From: Eledone cirrhosa
Lineage: Eukaryota
DNA length: 64,000 bases
Reading direction: 5' to 3'
Assembly (NCBI GenBank): GCA_964016885.1
Contig: OZ024740.1
Location: 402,938,001-403,002,000, forward strand
The notes beneath the pieces are model-generated. The model was not told the origin of the DNA and made no database searches. It saw only the letters and a list, made by a program, of their open reading frames with translations. Positions within the stretch are counted from its first letter, which is position 1, and each line of letters starts with the position of its first letter. This document shows, in pieces, positions 26,108-39,955 of this stretch. The translations under genes and the position numbers were made by a program.

Positions 26108-26609
26108 TACCTATCTTCCGGCCTTTCTAGAGAATCGTAAAAGCACATATCGTTATATGCTTTTTCTATGAAAATTAGTAGTGGGCAGACTAATTTGCAT
26201 AGAGCGTGAGTACGTACCGGTTCAACGGAGACGATAAAAACAAATAACGAAACGAAATTAAATTTCGTTTCGTTTGTAACTCACTTTTGTATAACACAGT
26301 AAAGTAACCAGTGAAAAACTCGGTACATCTACATATGTACACGTGTGTGTATTCATATGCATACTAGTATTTCAGTATACATATGTGGATGTACATTTTT
26401 AACTTAATTGTTTAAGCGTCAGTCATACAAAAGTGAGTTACAAACGAAACGAAATTTAATTTCGTTTCGTTATTTGTTTTTATCGTCTCCGCTGAACCGG
26501 TACGTACTCACGCTCTATGCAAATTAGTCTGCCCACTACTAATTTTCATAGAAAAAGCATATAACGATATGTGCTTTTACGATTCTCTAGAAAGGCCGGA
26601 AGATAGGTA

Positions 26610-26654
26610 AATATTGCTGATGAGATGTAACAACATCGAAACTAGTCCAATATT
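26610..26654 (+). ncRNA. Canonical minimal type I hammerhead (identical copy)
   Basis: Same fold as 26063-26107 on the plus strand. Confidence 0.93.
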
Positions 26655-26942
26655 CCTTGTCTGGCTTTCTGTAGAATAGAGGAAAGGTGTTTCCTCAAAA
26701 ACCAGTATGACTCTAAAAACCGGTTTGTTTGTGTGATTACATACAGAATAGCTGGACACTCACAGTAAAGTAACCAGTGAAAAACTCGGTACATCTACAT
26801 ATGTACACGTCTGTGTATTCATATGCATACTAGTATTTCAGTATACATATGTGGATGTACATTTTTAACTTAATTGTTTAAGCGTCAGTCATACAAAAGT
26901 GAGTTACAAACGAAACGAAATTTAATTTCGTTTCGTTATTTG

Positions 26943-26992
<50 letters not shown>

Positions 26993-26993
<1 letters not shown>

Positions 26994-27590
26994 CGGGAAG
27001 CCGCTAGAATTGGTTTAGGACTTCCTGTATTTGGGAGCAAAGATTGGGAATACATAAGGTGATGTGGTTGAGAGGAAGTGCAAAGCCTGGGCACCGTGCC
27101 ACAGCTTGAGATAGGTGCGGAAGTCGGACGTTCGTAAAAACCTGAAAATCCGCCTCTTCATTGCTGTAGTCGAGTCTGTGCTGCTGTACGGGTCTGAGAC
27201 TTGGACATTGACCAAGAAACTCACTCAGATGGTGGATGGGTGCTACACGAGAATGCTGAGGATGGTTCTAAACATTAATAAGTATACACTGAGTATGAAA
27301 AACTCAGAGCTGTATTGGAGCCTCCCAAAAGTCAGCTCAAAATGATACAAAGAAGACTGAGGTTAGCTGGACATGCTCACCAACATCCAGAGTTGACATT
27401 GCACTCAGTGCTCCTGTGGGAGCCCCTACATGGACACACTTGAAGAGGAAGACCAGGATTAACGTATGTTGATGCCCCAAGGACAGACACTGGTCTGTTG
27501 GAGACGCAGGACATGGCAGCGATAATGGGGGACAGAGACCGGTGGTGAGAACTTCGTCCATGGATCTCGGGAATTTTACCCGCCCTAGAA
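26993..27590 (+). mobile_element. RTE-clade LINE 3' fragment in (TA)n
   Basis: LFIAVVESVLLYGSETWTLT...CYTRMLRMVLNI; same family as 31565-32597 and 39555-39805. Confidence 0.88.
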
Positions 27591-27650
27591 TATATATATA
27601 TAATATCATATATATATATATGACATATATATATATATATATATAATATA

Positions 27651-27695
<45 letters not shown>

Positions 27696-27701
27696 CATAT
27701 G

Positions 27702-27732
<31 letters not shown>

Positions 27733-28025
27733 TGTATATATATATATACATATTTATATATATGTATATATGTATATATTATATATATATATAAATATAT
27801 ATATATATACATATATATATATAATATATATATAATATATATATATATACATATATATATATATGCACGTGATAAGACACGCTCAGGAGAGCTGAACAGT
27901 AGAGCTGATCAGTAAAGAAGAAACCCCACCACAAGACAATATTTCGGTCGTATATATGTGCATATATATGTGCATGCATTACATATTTGCATACATACAA
28001 CTTTATATGGTATATAATAATTTAC

Positions 28026-28180
28026 GTATATCGTCATTTTGGTTTTCTTCCTTTTTCCAAAATCAATTTCAGCTGCCATTTTCTGAATGCTTTGTCCCGA
28101 TTCCCCGGTTGTAAGTAAGCTAATATGTTCATTTAAATTCAACATTAAAATACAACGATGTGCAGTTGACACACTTTGAA
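28026..28180 (-). CDS. Candidate host exon, product unknown
   Basis: tatttttatcag acceptor, open frame QSVSTAHRCILML...AEIDFGKRKKTKMTIY, gtaaat donor. Confidence 0.35.
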
Positions 28181-28339
28181 CTGATAAAAATACATATTTT
28201 TCTCTTTTGCGTCCATTGCATTTGCAGAAATATTCCCTCGTACATAGTTATGTACGTACTCTAATCTAGCTATCTGTGTGTCAAACACTTACAGCAAGAA
28301 CGTATATATATATATGGATATTAACATAGATTCAACACA

Positions 28340-28856
28340 TAAATACATACATCCATACATACATACTTACATACATACTTACATACATACATACTTGCAT
28401 ACATACATACATACATACACGTACATACTTACATATATACACACGTACATACATACTTACATATATACATACATACATACATACTTACATACATACATAG
28501 ATACATAATACATACATCTACATACATACATACATGCATACATACATACATACAATCATACATAGATACATACATACAATCATACATACATAGATACATA
28601 CATACTTACATACATAGATACAATCACACATACAATCATACATACATACATACATACACACATATATACATACAATGATACATACATATATACATGCATA
28701 CATACAATCATACATACATATACATATACATACATACACATAAATGATTACATACACACATATACATACATACGTACGCACTTACATACATACATACACA
28801 CATACATACATACATACACACACATACATACAATTATACATACATACATACAATTA

Positions 28857-28888
<32 letters not shown>

Positions 28889-28900
28889 CATACTTACATG
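28340..28900. repeat. (TACA)n-type degenerate microsatellite
   Basis: Direct reading. Confidence 0.95.
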
Positions 28901-29710
28901 CATGCACTCATATGTATGTGCAGCTATGTATGTGTATAAAGGGAAAGGAAAGATATAGAGTGAGACTCCCATTTGGGATTTGATTTTTCTGTCAATGTGT
29001 GCTTGCCTTCATGTATGCATATGATTTTATGTACTAAAAAAGTGAAATAAAATAAAATAAAACAGGTAAATTATATCTCAGCAATAACCAGAACAATGTT
29101 GACCTTGCCCCCTCCATTCCAACAGCTTGTTTATTTTATTTACTTTTTAATTTTATTTCATTTATTTATTTTGTTTTATTCGCTGTCAAGAAACTATTTA
29201 ACATGACTCTAGTAAAGGTTGCATTATAACGATATACCCTTCACACAATTATCCTCTGCTCATTGTCTGTGCTACCACCACTTACACCACTACCACCACT
29301 ACCACACCATCACCACCATCAGTAACACTACTACAGTAGCAAGACACGAAATATAATGCCACCAGCATCAATAACGACAAACGGCAGCAAGGTCATCAAT
29401 CAATATATATATAGAGATATAAGAAAAATCTCCACTCCCGATGAAAATCTCTAAATATGAAAATATTATGCAGTGGAGAGACATTGTATGATATTCATTA
29501 GGACTTTATCTTAAGTACGAATAAACAAACAAAAAAGAACTATTTCCCCTGTGAAACAAGAAGAAAAAAAGCTGAAACTATTTAGTTTATATAGATAAAC
29601 CGGAAATTGAACTCAGCCACTTTCTGAAATTATGATGTGATGTGTTGCCTCTGTATTATACGCCGTGCACGTATGCCTGTATAAATATATATATATACAT
29701 ATATATATAC

Positions 29711-29764
<54 letters not shown>

Positions 29765-29842
29765 GTATATATAAATTCTAAAATATAAATCCCCTCCACA
29801 TACACTCTGGCGTTTGCAAACATACATACACATACATACATG

Positions 29843-29876
<34 letters not shown>

Positions 29877-29985
29877 CACTATATGTATATATATATATAT
29901 ATATATATTTATACATACATTCCACATACACTCGCTCGTTTGCAAACATACATATACATACATACATGCATACACACACACACAC

Positions 29986-30032
<47 letters not shown>

Positions 30033-31443
30033 TGTGTGTGTGTGTGTGTGTATGTATGTGAATGTATGTTTGCAAATATGCGAGTGTATGTGGAAGGGTT
30101 GTTTATATTTTAGAAATTTCACACTTTACGATGGCAATGTTTGGAATCTCTTCTTTGAAGGAGCGGTATACGAATATAACAGTTTCATATCTACTTTATA
30201 TGAATTTCATTTTATGATAGAATCAATTTCTCTATTTTGGTTGGTATTATCTATTGAGCAGAAACAGCAGATCACTTAAAAATTGCTTTGCAATACATAG
30301 TTACGTGCCTCTACTTTCTGAGTTTTACCTTTCAACCGACTGGGGTATATGATATAAATTGCCAGTCAAATACTCAAGTTTATTGAATCACTATCATTCC
30401 TTCACCAACAAATTTTGTCTTCAGTTTCCGCACAATCTACTACACCCAAACCTCCCTGCCCAGAAAGTCTGTCCCCTGCCTGGAGAAAATTGAAACCTCT
30501 CGAAAACAGCAAACAATCATATAATAAAATTCAGAAGAACAAGACACGACTAAAGCCTAGTATGATGCATAAGGAGACATTCACCAAGGACTGTATACAT
30601 ACACAAAAGTAAGTGGTTACCACTTAGTTAATGTCATGGTACGTCAGGAATCCATTCACCTTATACTCTGAATACTGCATAATTGGTATTTCCGAGTTTG
30701 CTCACGCTCATCATCAGTGTTTGATAAACTAGGAAGTATCCCCAGTCTTCGTCGAAGGTCAACATATCTGGTGTATATGCTTGCATCGTAGTTTTAATTA
30801 GTAGTATTTCAAGTGATCTCTGGAATCGCACCTCTTCCCCTTCTCAACCAATAGAGTTTCCCATTATTCTTCCTTCGGGTACTGCATGGTATCTATCAGT
30901 TCGTCGAGTAGCAGCCACAATTTACATCGCTTTACGTTCTGTGTTCAAATTCTGTTGAAGCTGACTTTCATTCTCAGCCTTCAGGATTCGAAATAATAAA
31001 TTATTGTAGTAGAATGTATTGACTATATCTGACTCAATAATTCGTGCTTATACAAGAAATTAATAGTATTTTTCAGTTGTACTTTTTGTCTTGGTAGAGC
31101 TCCAGTTTAGCTCTATTCAAGCAGACCTAGAGGCAAAATCTTTCTAGCAGCAACATCTAATATTTAAACGGAACATTGTATACAAGGGACAATGCATTAT
31201 CTAATCTCTTGCACCGCTTAAATGCTTCACATCCTCCATTGTTCTGCCGTATAGCAAATAGGACAGAACAGCGGGCTGTGTGAACGAACGAGAGATAATG
31301 GCAGTGATAGGTAGGGTGGTGTTTTGGAATTGCCTCCCTCTTAGGACGACAAAATGAGATTTTCAGTCAATTCACAAATACAAGTCTTTTTGTTAAACAT
31401 CTTGTTTTAATCAACACGATGTTAGTGAATAGTGAATTAAAAT

Positions 31444-32460
<1,017 letters not shown>

Positions 32461-32462
32461 TT

Positions 32463-32593
32463 GACACACTGGAAGAGGAAGACCAAGGTTAACGTATGTT
32501 GATGCCCAAGGACAGACGCAGGACATGGCAGCGATAATGAGGGATAGAGACCGCTGGCGAGAACTCGTCCATGGATCTCGGGAACTTTACCCG

Positions 32594-32597
<4 letters not shown>
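32463..32597 (+). mobile_element. 3' terminal segment of the same RTE insertion
   Basis: Matches about 27433-27587 and ends in (TA)n. Confidence 0.85.
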
Positions 32598-32643
<46 letters not shown>

Positions 32644-33559
32644 AATAATATATATAATACACTAGCAGGTTTGCTCTTCCCTTTCTTTGCGGCCGATTAT
32701 ATACCAATGACGATAATATCGGAATTTCTATTGAGTCACAATATTAAATACACTTTTTTCACCTTTTTTTCAATCAGCAGTATAGTCAACGAATTGACAG
32801 AGCCCTTAGAACTTCGGACAGAATGATTTGTAATACATGTTCCGGCTCTTCCGATGTCAACTTTGCCTATCATTCTTTGAGGTCGATAAAAAGAAAACCA
32901 GCCCAGGACTGGGCTCCATTCTTCCTCTGTGTCTGTTTATTACTTTTCCTCTGCCTCTCACCGACTCTGCTTTTCTGGACGAAATCGACTGTTTTCAGTC
33001 AGTGATAAGATTACTCAGGTTTAATTGTTTAAGACATGTCGTAGAGAACCACGGCCTTTGAGCGGTTTCATCACGGGTCCAAACATGCATACAGCCAACA
33101 GTAAAACGAGCTCCATTGCCACAATAGCAACCGAATTCACTGCACAAAGAGTGACATACCTCCTGCAGGAAATTTGTATCAAATATCTATCAATCACACG
33201 TAACTTTGCATTATACGTTGGTATAAGTATGCGTTTATGTGTATGCTTCTATATATGTGTGTGTCTGTAAGCTTCTATATCTGTGTGTGTGTGGTGGGGG
33301 GGATATATTCTTTAGTGTACTGGTTAAGGCATTCAATCGACATCCGAGAGATGTGGAATTCAATTCTGAACAGGACCCTCTATCCTCTTTTTTCCGTCTT
33401 CTTTTTTCCGTCTTTTTTTCGTCAACTATTATTATGGTTATCTCCATTATCTCCATTATCTCCATTATCCATTATCTTAGTGTGTGTGTGTGTGTTATGT
33501 TAAGTATTTCTATAGAAAAGGTAAAGGAACGAAGAGTGCTCTATGTATAGTACAGAGCT

Positions 33560-33755
33560 ATTTAATTATGTAATAAACTACACAGTACAATTATTCCATT
33601 ACCCAACGTTTCACGAAGTTAGACGATTCTAACAGATATCTTATATCCATAATAAAGATATTTTATCTGATGAACGAAACTGACGTTTCTGATAAAATCG
33701 TCTAACTTCGTGAAACCTTGGGTAATGGAATAATTATATTGTGTTGTTTATTACA

Positions 33756-33762
<7 letters not shown>
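33560..33762 (+). mobile_element. Fold-back cassette with a decayed extended-stem-II hammerhead (33660-33726)
   Basis: CTGATGA-ACGAA...TTCGT-GAAA; the inverted arm preserves GAAACGTTGGG; stem I pairs poorly. Confidence 0.5.
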
Positions 33763-33822
<60 letters not shown>

Positions 33823-33825
<3 letters not shown>

Positions 33826-33963
33826 AGTTAATATAAATTAATATATTTGATAAACACAAATACCAACATATTCATGTTTGTATTGTAAAATGATCATTTA
33901 CAATACAAACATGAATATGTTGGTATTTGTGTTTATCAAATATATTAATTTATATTAACGTGT
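33823..33963. repeat. Near-perfect ~140-bp palindrome (fold-back PLE-type tail)
   Basis: gttaatataaattaatatatttgataaacacaaatacc... mirrored around tgatca. Confidence 0.85.
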
Positions 33964-34046
33964 ATTACACGGCTCAGAAATACTTCTTTCTTTGAGCTAT
34001 TTCATTGTAAAAGACTGCCTGAGTTTTGAACTCATTATTATTGATA

Positions 34047-34139
<93 letters not shown>

Positions 34140-34299
34140 CGGAGAAAGCTTTTAGCGATACTCCGGCCAAATTCCAACTCACTCAACAAACATTAGGAAT
34201 TGAGTATATTCCTAATTAAACGTTCGGGGTGCTAACTAAATGGATTGTGTGGAAAATTGGCTGTATTATTTCATATGAGACATATCGAATATATCTCTT

Positions 34300-34425
34300 C
34301 CCAGACGGACGTCTCGTTTCATTATAAGATTCCTACAATTTGGGTGAAATTATACCAATTTATGTAGGAGCTTGTATAGGATCAACAGATAATATTGAAG
34401 TGGGCTCTTATAATTCATCAGTGGG
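34300..34425 (-). ncRNA. Type I hammerhead with a ~94-nt branched stem II domain
   Basis: CCCA-CTGATGA-ATTATAAGA...TCTTATAAT-GAAA-CG-AGACGTC-CG-TC-TGGG. Confidence 0.85.
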
Positions 34426-34674
34426 TGCCCAATAATACTAATATTGATAATCTAACCAATATCAGTAATTATTAGTAATTATATATATGTATATGCAGAG
34501 GTTATATTTAATTTGTTGGGATTCAACAAGCTTAAAAAATGTTATAACTGATATAAAGCACTCAACAGGAGTGGAGTAAATGCACAATATATTAATAAAT
34601 GAAGACTATATTTATAAATCCATATTTATTCTATTTTTCCGGGTATGTCAATATTTATTTATAAAACAAATCTG

Positions 34675-34740
34675 TATTTTATCTGATGAAAGCGAACTAT
34701 AATTTGCTTTGGTTGCCCTTGAAATATATATAATAGAATA
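34675..34740 (+). ncRNA. Type I hammerhead, paralog of 14645-14709
   Basis: TATTTTAT-CTGATGA-AAG...CTT-GAAA-TATATA-TA-ATAGAATA. Confidence 0.8.
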
Positions 34741-34780
34741 AATATGGTTTTATAAAAATAGTTTCCATTTATTAATATAT

Positions 34781-34855
<75 letters not shown>

Positions 34856-35050
34856 ATACTTGGGGAGGGTCATATTTGTGTAATAATATTGCCAGAATTA
34901 ATAACAGAACACACTCACTGTTTGGTTGGTTTTCGCTTCTGTGTCTTTTATATCGGTTAATTTAATTTATTCGGTTCTCAATGTTACCATTGACTGTCCA
35001 ACGGTCAAACGTACAGATACAATATAGACACAAACACATATATATAGTCT

Positions 35051-35092
35051 AACAAAGTTCTTTCGTTGCACATCTGCAACATCGTCAGTGGT
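35051..35092 (-). ncRNA. Hammerhead in a pLTR relative of the 7042-8062 PLE
   Basis: CTGACGA-T-GTTGCA-GATG-TGCAAC-GAAA-GAAC-TT; stem II covaries with the 7254 copy; stem I weak. Confidence 0.65.
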
Positions 35093-35227
35093 GCTATTAT
35101 GTTTCCTCCCGTTGTATTGTATTAACTCTCCCCAAGTATAACAATATTTGTTTCGACACACGATTCCATATCAAAATCCTCGCAAAACTAATTCATCGCC
35201 GTTATATATATATATATATATTAAAAA

Positions 35228-36849
35228 AAACGGAAAAAATGAAACGAAATTTCATTTCCCACTCTTAGTACGGCTGTTACTTAAATATAAGTATGTACAC
35301 ACACATACATATATGTATAGAGACGTACAGTAGTATGTATATATATATATATACATACATGCACACATATATATATGTGCGTATGAATTCACCGAACATT
35401 TATTATAATGCTCGGTGTGTTTGTAAACAAACATCCTGTATTAAGCCGTAGCGTCCAGCAACTATCGTTGCTCGTTTGTTCAACACCGACAAAGGAAAGC
35501 TGTACTAGTTTCAAGCTTATTAGCTAGCGTCAGCAACGTATACCTTCCTGCCAGATTGTTGAACGTATATACTTATCTTATGCATATTAACGGCTGAGTA
35601 GCCCAATTTGCATATCGAGTGGGTTAATTGGTCGGGTGCACCGAAAACGATAAACGGAAAAAATGAAACGAAATTTCATTTCCCACTCTTAGTATGGCTG
35701 TTACTTAAATATAAGTATGTACACGTACATACATATATGTATACAGACGTACAGTAGTATGTATATATATATACATACATGCACACATATATATATGTAC
35801 GTATGGAGTCACCGAACATTTATTATAATGCTCGGTGTGTTTGTAAACAAACATCCCGTATTAAGCCGTAGTGATCCAGCAACCATCGTTGCTCGTTTGT
35901 TCAACATTGACAAAGGAACGCTGTACTAGTTTCAAGCTTATTAGCTATCGTCAGCAACGTATACCTTCCTGCCAGATTGTTGAACGTATATACTTACCTT
36001 ATGCATATTAACGGCTGAGTAGCCCAATTTGCATATCGAGTGGGTTAATTGGCCGGGTGCACCGAAAACGATAAACGGAAAAAAATTAAACGAAATTTCA
36101 TTTCCCACTCTTAGTACGGCTGTTACTTAAATTTAAGTATGTACACGTACATACATTTATGTATACAGACGTACAGTAGTATGTATATATATATACATAC
36201 ATGCACACATATATATATGTACGTATGGATTCACCGAACATTTATTATAATGCTGGACACTACGGCTTAATACGGGATGTTTGTTTACAAACACACCGAG
36301 CATTATAATAAATGTTCGGTGAATCCATACGTACATATATATATATATATATATGTGTGCATGTATGTATATATATATATATACATACTACTGTACGTCT
36401 GTATACATATATGTATGTACGTGTACATACTTATATTTAAGTAACAGCCGTACTAAGAGTGGGAAATGAAATTTCGTTTCATTTTTTCCGTTTATCGTTT
36501 TCAGTGCACTCGGCCAATTAACCCACTCGATATGCAAATTGGGCTACTCAGCCGTTAATATGCATAAGGTAAGTATATACGTTCAACAATCTGGCAGAAA
36601 GGTATACTTTGCTGACGATAGCTAATAAGCCTGAAACCAGTACAGCGTTCCTTTGTCAGTGTTGAACAAACGAGCAACGATGGTTGCTGGACACTACGGC
36701 TTAATACGGGATGTTTGTTTACAAACACACCGAGCATTATAATAAATGTTCGGTGAATCCATACGTACATATATATATGTGTGCATGTATGTATATATAT
36801 ATACATACTACTATACGTCTGTATACGTATATGTATGTACGTGTACATA

Positions 36850-36853
<4 letters not shown>
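35228..36853. mobile_element. Retrozyme-like ~421-bp unit: about 2.4 direct plus about 1.4 inverted copies
   Basis: aaacggaaaaaa at about 35228, 35653 and 36073; inversion junction near 36254; HHRs at 35498-35538(-), 35919-35959(-), 36607-36647(+). Confidence 0.88.
35919..35959 (-). ncRNA. Minimal type I hammerhead
   Basis: CGTTG-CTGACGA-TAGCT-AATA-AGCTT-GAAA-CTAG-TA-CAGCG. Confidence 0.85.
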
Positions 36854-36906
<53 letters not shown>

Positions 36907-37254
36907 TAGATTTTTATGTTTTTTCATTCATTTAAACTAAATCGAACAGCCGCCCACGATATTTCTCAGATTTCTCCCCGACACCCACCACCCCCACCTG
37001 ACTTCAGAAAATATTTGGGATCATTAAAATTGCTAAGGTAACTTTCTATCGTCCTCACTCTAGAATATCAATTCTTTTGTTTTTGTTATTTTCTATTCTA
37101 TATCTATTTTCTGAAATTCTTATTACCTTGGCACTTATAACTCACACGCATTGACGGGCTTCCAAATAATCAAACTTATTTCCTAGTTGTATTTGTATCA
37201 CATATTCCAAAATGCTTCAAGCAAAATACAACACAATATATATTTATATATATA

Positions 37255-37727
37255 TAATTAAAGTTTTGCTCCGACATAGCTGTATACATGTAAGTATGTG
37301 AATTTCGTATAACTAAGTCGTCATCAATATTCATAGCTAGAAGGCTTTCCAAATATTTATTTATAAACATATCGTGTATCATAAGATATATGCAATTCAC
37401 ATACTTATATGTATACAGCTATTTCAGAACAATAATTTAATATTACTTTCAAGTAGAGCCAGCTTGTACAGATCCATATGCAAATGAGGCTAATCAGCCC
37501 ATCTACATATGCAAAAAACTATATACTTTTGCCTGTTTCAAATTCCAGCAGACAGAAGGGAAAGCTCTGTCCTTATAACGGTCATAGCCAGAAATGCATT
37601 GGCAGTTGTTCCCCGCTAATTCTGGTAGATCCGCTAGACGGCGCTAGCTGTCTTTTTTTTTCAATATTCATAGGTAGAAGACTTTCCAAGTGTTTATTTG
37701 TAAACATACCGTATATCATTGTATATA

Positions 37728-37732
<5 letters not shown>
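37255..37732 (+). mobile_element. Older ~337-bp relative of the 421-bp unit with a decayed hammerhead (37567-37605)
   Basis: caatattcatag repeated at about 37325 and 37662; shares ATGCAAAT..GGCTA.TCAGCC..TATATAC; CTGTC-CTTATAA-CGGTCATAGCCA-GAAA-TGCA-TT-GGCAG. Confidence 0.6.
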
Positions 37733-37810
<78 letters not shown>

Positions 37811-37824
37811 ATCTCTCTCTCTCT

Positions 37825-37990
<166 letters not shown>

Positions 37991-38189
37991 ATCAAGGTTT
38001 AGCAAATAAGAAAAAATTTCAAAAAATTCACTGTACTTACTATTGTTACCTTTACCGAATCGGTTTCGAGTCTCAAAAATAAATGGACAGTCCTTGCGGG
38101 CTTCCATTCATTCTCATCTCGGGAACAATTTTGAATAGCGCCAGTTCGTAATTTGAACTCGGAAATTTTATATTCTCCGAGTGAAAAGA

Positions 38190-38276
38190 ACCTTCTGACA
38201 AGAGTTTATCTTTTCAATGGAAGCCCGCAAGGACTGTCCATTTATTTTTGAGACTCAAAACCGATTCGGTAAAGGT
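38190..38276 (+). ncRNA. Extended-stem-II hammerhead with two core mutations, in fold-back cassette 37988-38352
   Basis: ACCTT-CTGACAA-GAGTTT..AATGGA..CC-GCAA-GG..TCCATT..AGACTC-AAAA-CCGATTCGG-TA-AAGGT; the inverted arm retains GAAA. Confidence 0.7.
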
Positions 38277-38454
38277 AACCATAGTAAGTACAGTGAATTT
38301 TTTTGAAATTTATTTTGAAACTTTTTCTTATTTGCTAAACCTTGATTATATATGTACTGGCGTTAATTTATTAACCTGCCATTGAACCACATTGGCATAT
38401 GGTTGGACAATACATGTGTCCCTATACGCTTTTTGCGTGTAGGGAAATATACTT

Positions 38455-38496
<42 letters not shown>

Positions 38497-38501
38497 TTTA
38501 T

Positions 38502-38532
<31 letters not shown>

Positions 38533-38578
38533 ATACATTCATACATACATTCATACATATATACATACATACATATAT

Positions 38579-38721
<143 letters not shown>

Positions 38722-39554
38722 ATATATGTATATATGTATGTATGTATGTATATATGTATGAATGTATGTATGAATGCATATATATATATATATATATGTG
38801 TGTGTGTATGCGTGTGTGTGTGTGTGTGTGTATGGATGTATCTCTTTTGTGACACAAGTTTGCTGCATCTCCTTCGCTTTCACTCTCTGTCTCCAACTTT
38901 TCAATTCCAATAGGAATATTTACTTGACTAAACATGTATTAACTTGTATGTATTGAAAGATATAGAAATTCAATTCATTTATGTTTAACTATAAAAACAT
39001 GGGGAAAATATCTATTTATATTTTTGGCGTTGATGTGTAAACATCTATGTATTAATGTGGTTGCGGTTGCGTTTGTGGGTATGTGTTCGTAAGTGAGTAC
39101 GTTTGATTGTGTGTATGCGTGTGTAAGTTGAGCCAAATCATTATATGATGCTATTATGCTACTTATTCAAACCAATATCCTTAATAAACACATACAAAGA
39201 GTTAATAAAGTCATTTAATTATTAATACACCGATATTTATGCCTCTACTAACCTCAAACGTTTACGAATCCATATAAGAGCGTGATAGATTACATACTGA
39301 AAATGCATTAAATAGCTAAACTGAGAGTATATGTTCTAAATTAGATTTGAATTACTAATCTATATTTTTTTTTATTGATTATCGATTTGTGCTATCGAAT
39401 CTTACAAACTCCAAAATAGCTGATATTGTGTATAGGTACCTCAGCATAAATGACTAAACACTCATTGCAAAATACACATCTCTCCTTCCCTCTATATTTT
39501 CCCCTTATCTTACAATTTCTTTATAGTCTTTTTCCAAACAGTTATTTCTCCAAA

Positions 39555-39805
39555 AGTCAGCTCGAAAGTGATACAGAGGAGACTGAGGTTAGCTGGACAT
39601 GCTCACCGACATCCACTCAGTGACACTGCACTCAGTGCTCCTGTGGAGCCCCTGCATGGACACACTGGAAGAGGAAGACCGAGGTTAACATATGTTGATG
39701 CCCTAAGGACAGACACTGGTCTCTTGGAGACGTAGGACATGGCAGCGATAATGAGGGACAGAGACCGCTGGAGAGAACTCGTCCATGGATCTACCTGCCC
39801 TAGGT
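39555..39805 (+). mobile_element. RTE 3' end fragment
   Basis: Matches about 27331-27587. Confidence 0.85.
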
Positions 39806-39955
39806 AGATAGTTATTTCTCATTCTTATGTATCTATAATATCCTAGTGTTTCTATCAGCCACAATCACATTTCAGGTGCACGCTAGTACCTGAAAAGGCT
39901 TTAGAGTATCCATTGGTATACATGTAAATATAGTGGATGTCATCTCCTTACATTA

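Larger units (their letters stand above)
25842..26950. mobile_element. Retrozyme-like 466-bp unit: one inverted copy plus about 1.4 direct copies
   Basis: cacagtaaagtaacc at 26295 and 26761; 25842-26291 is the reverse complement; no coding capacity. Confidence 0.88.

Noticed and set aside
30665-30722. CTGATGA...GAAA on the minus strand with plausible stems II and III
   Set aside because: No stem I pairing in type I or type III topology; probably chance
33314-33375. tRNA-like A/B boxes here and in the SINE heads
   Set aside because: No complete cloverleaf; SINE-derived, not tRNA genes
35228-36853. CRISPR-like or satellite interpretation of the regular repeats
   Set aside because: Eukaryotic context, whole units repeat with no unique spacers, and copy number per locus is low
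37573-37661. Apparent U6-type Pol III gene (TTATAA at -28, GGCAGTTG/TAGCTGTC terminal stem, T-run)
   Set aside because: The TATA-like word is better explained as a mutated hammerhead core (CTTATAA) within a 337-bp repeat unit homologous to the 421-bp family
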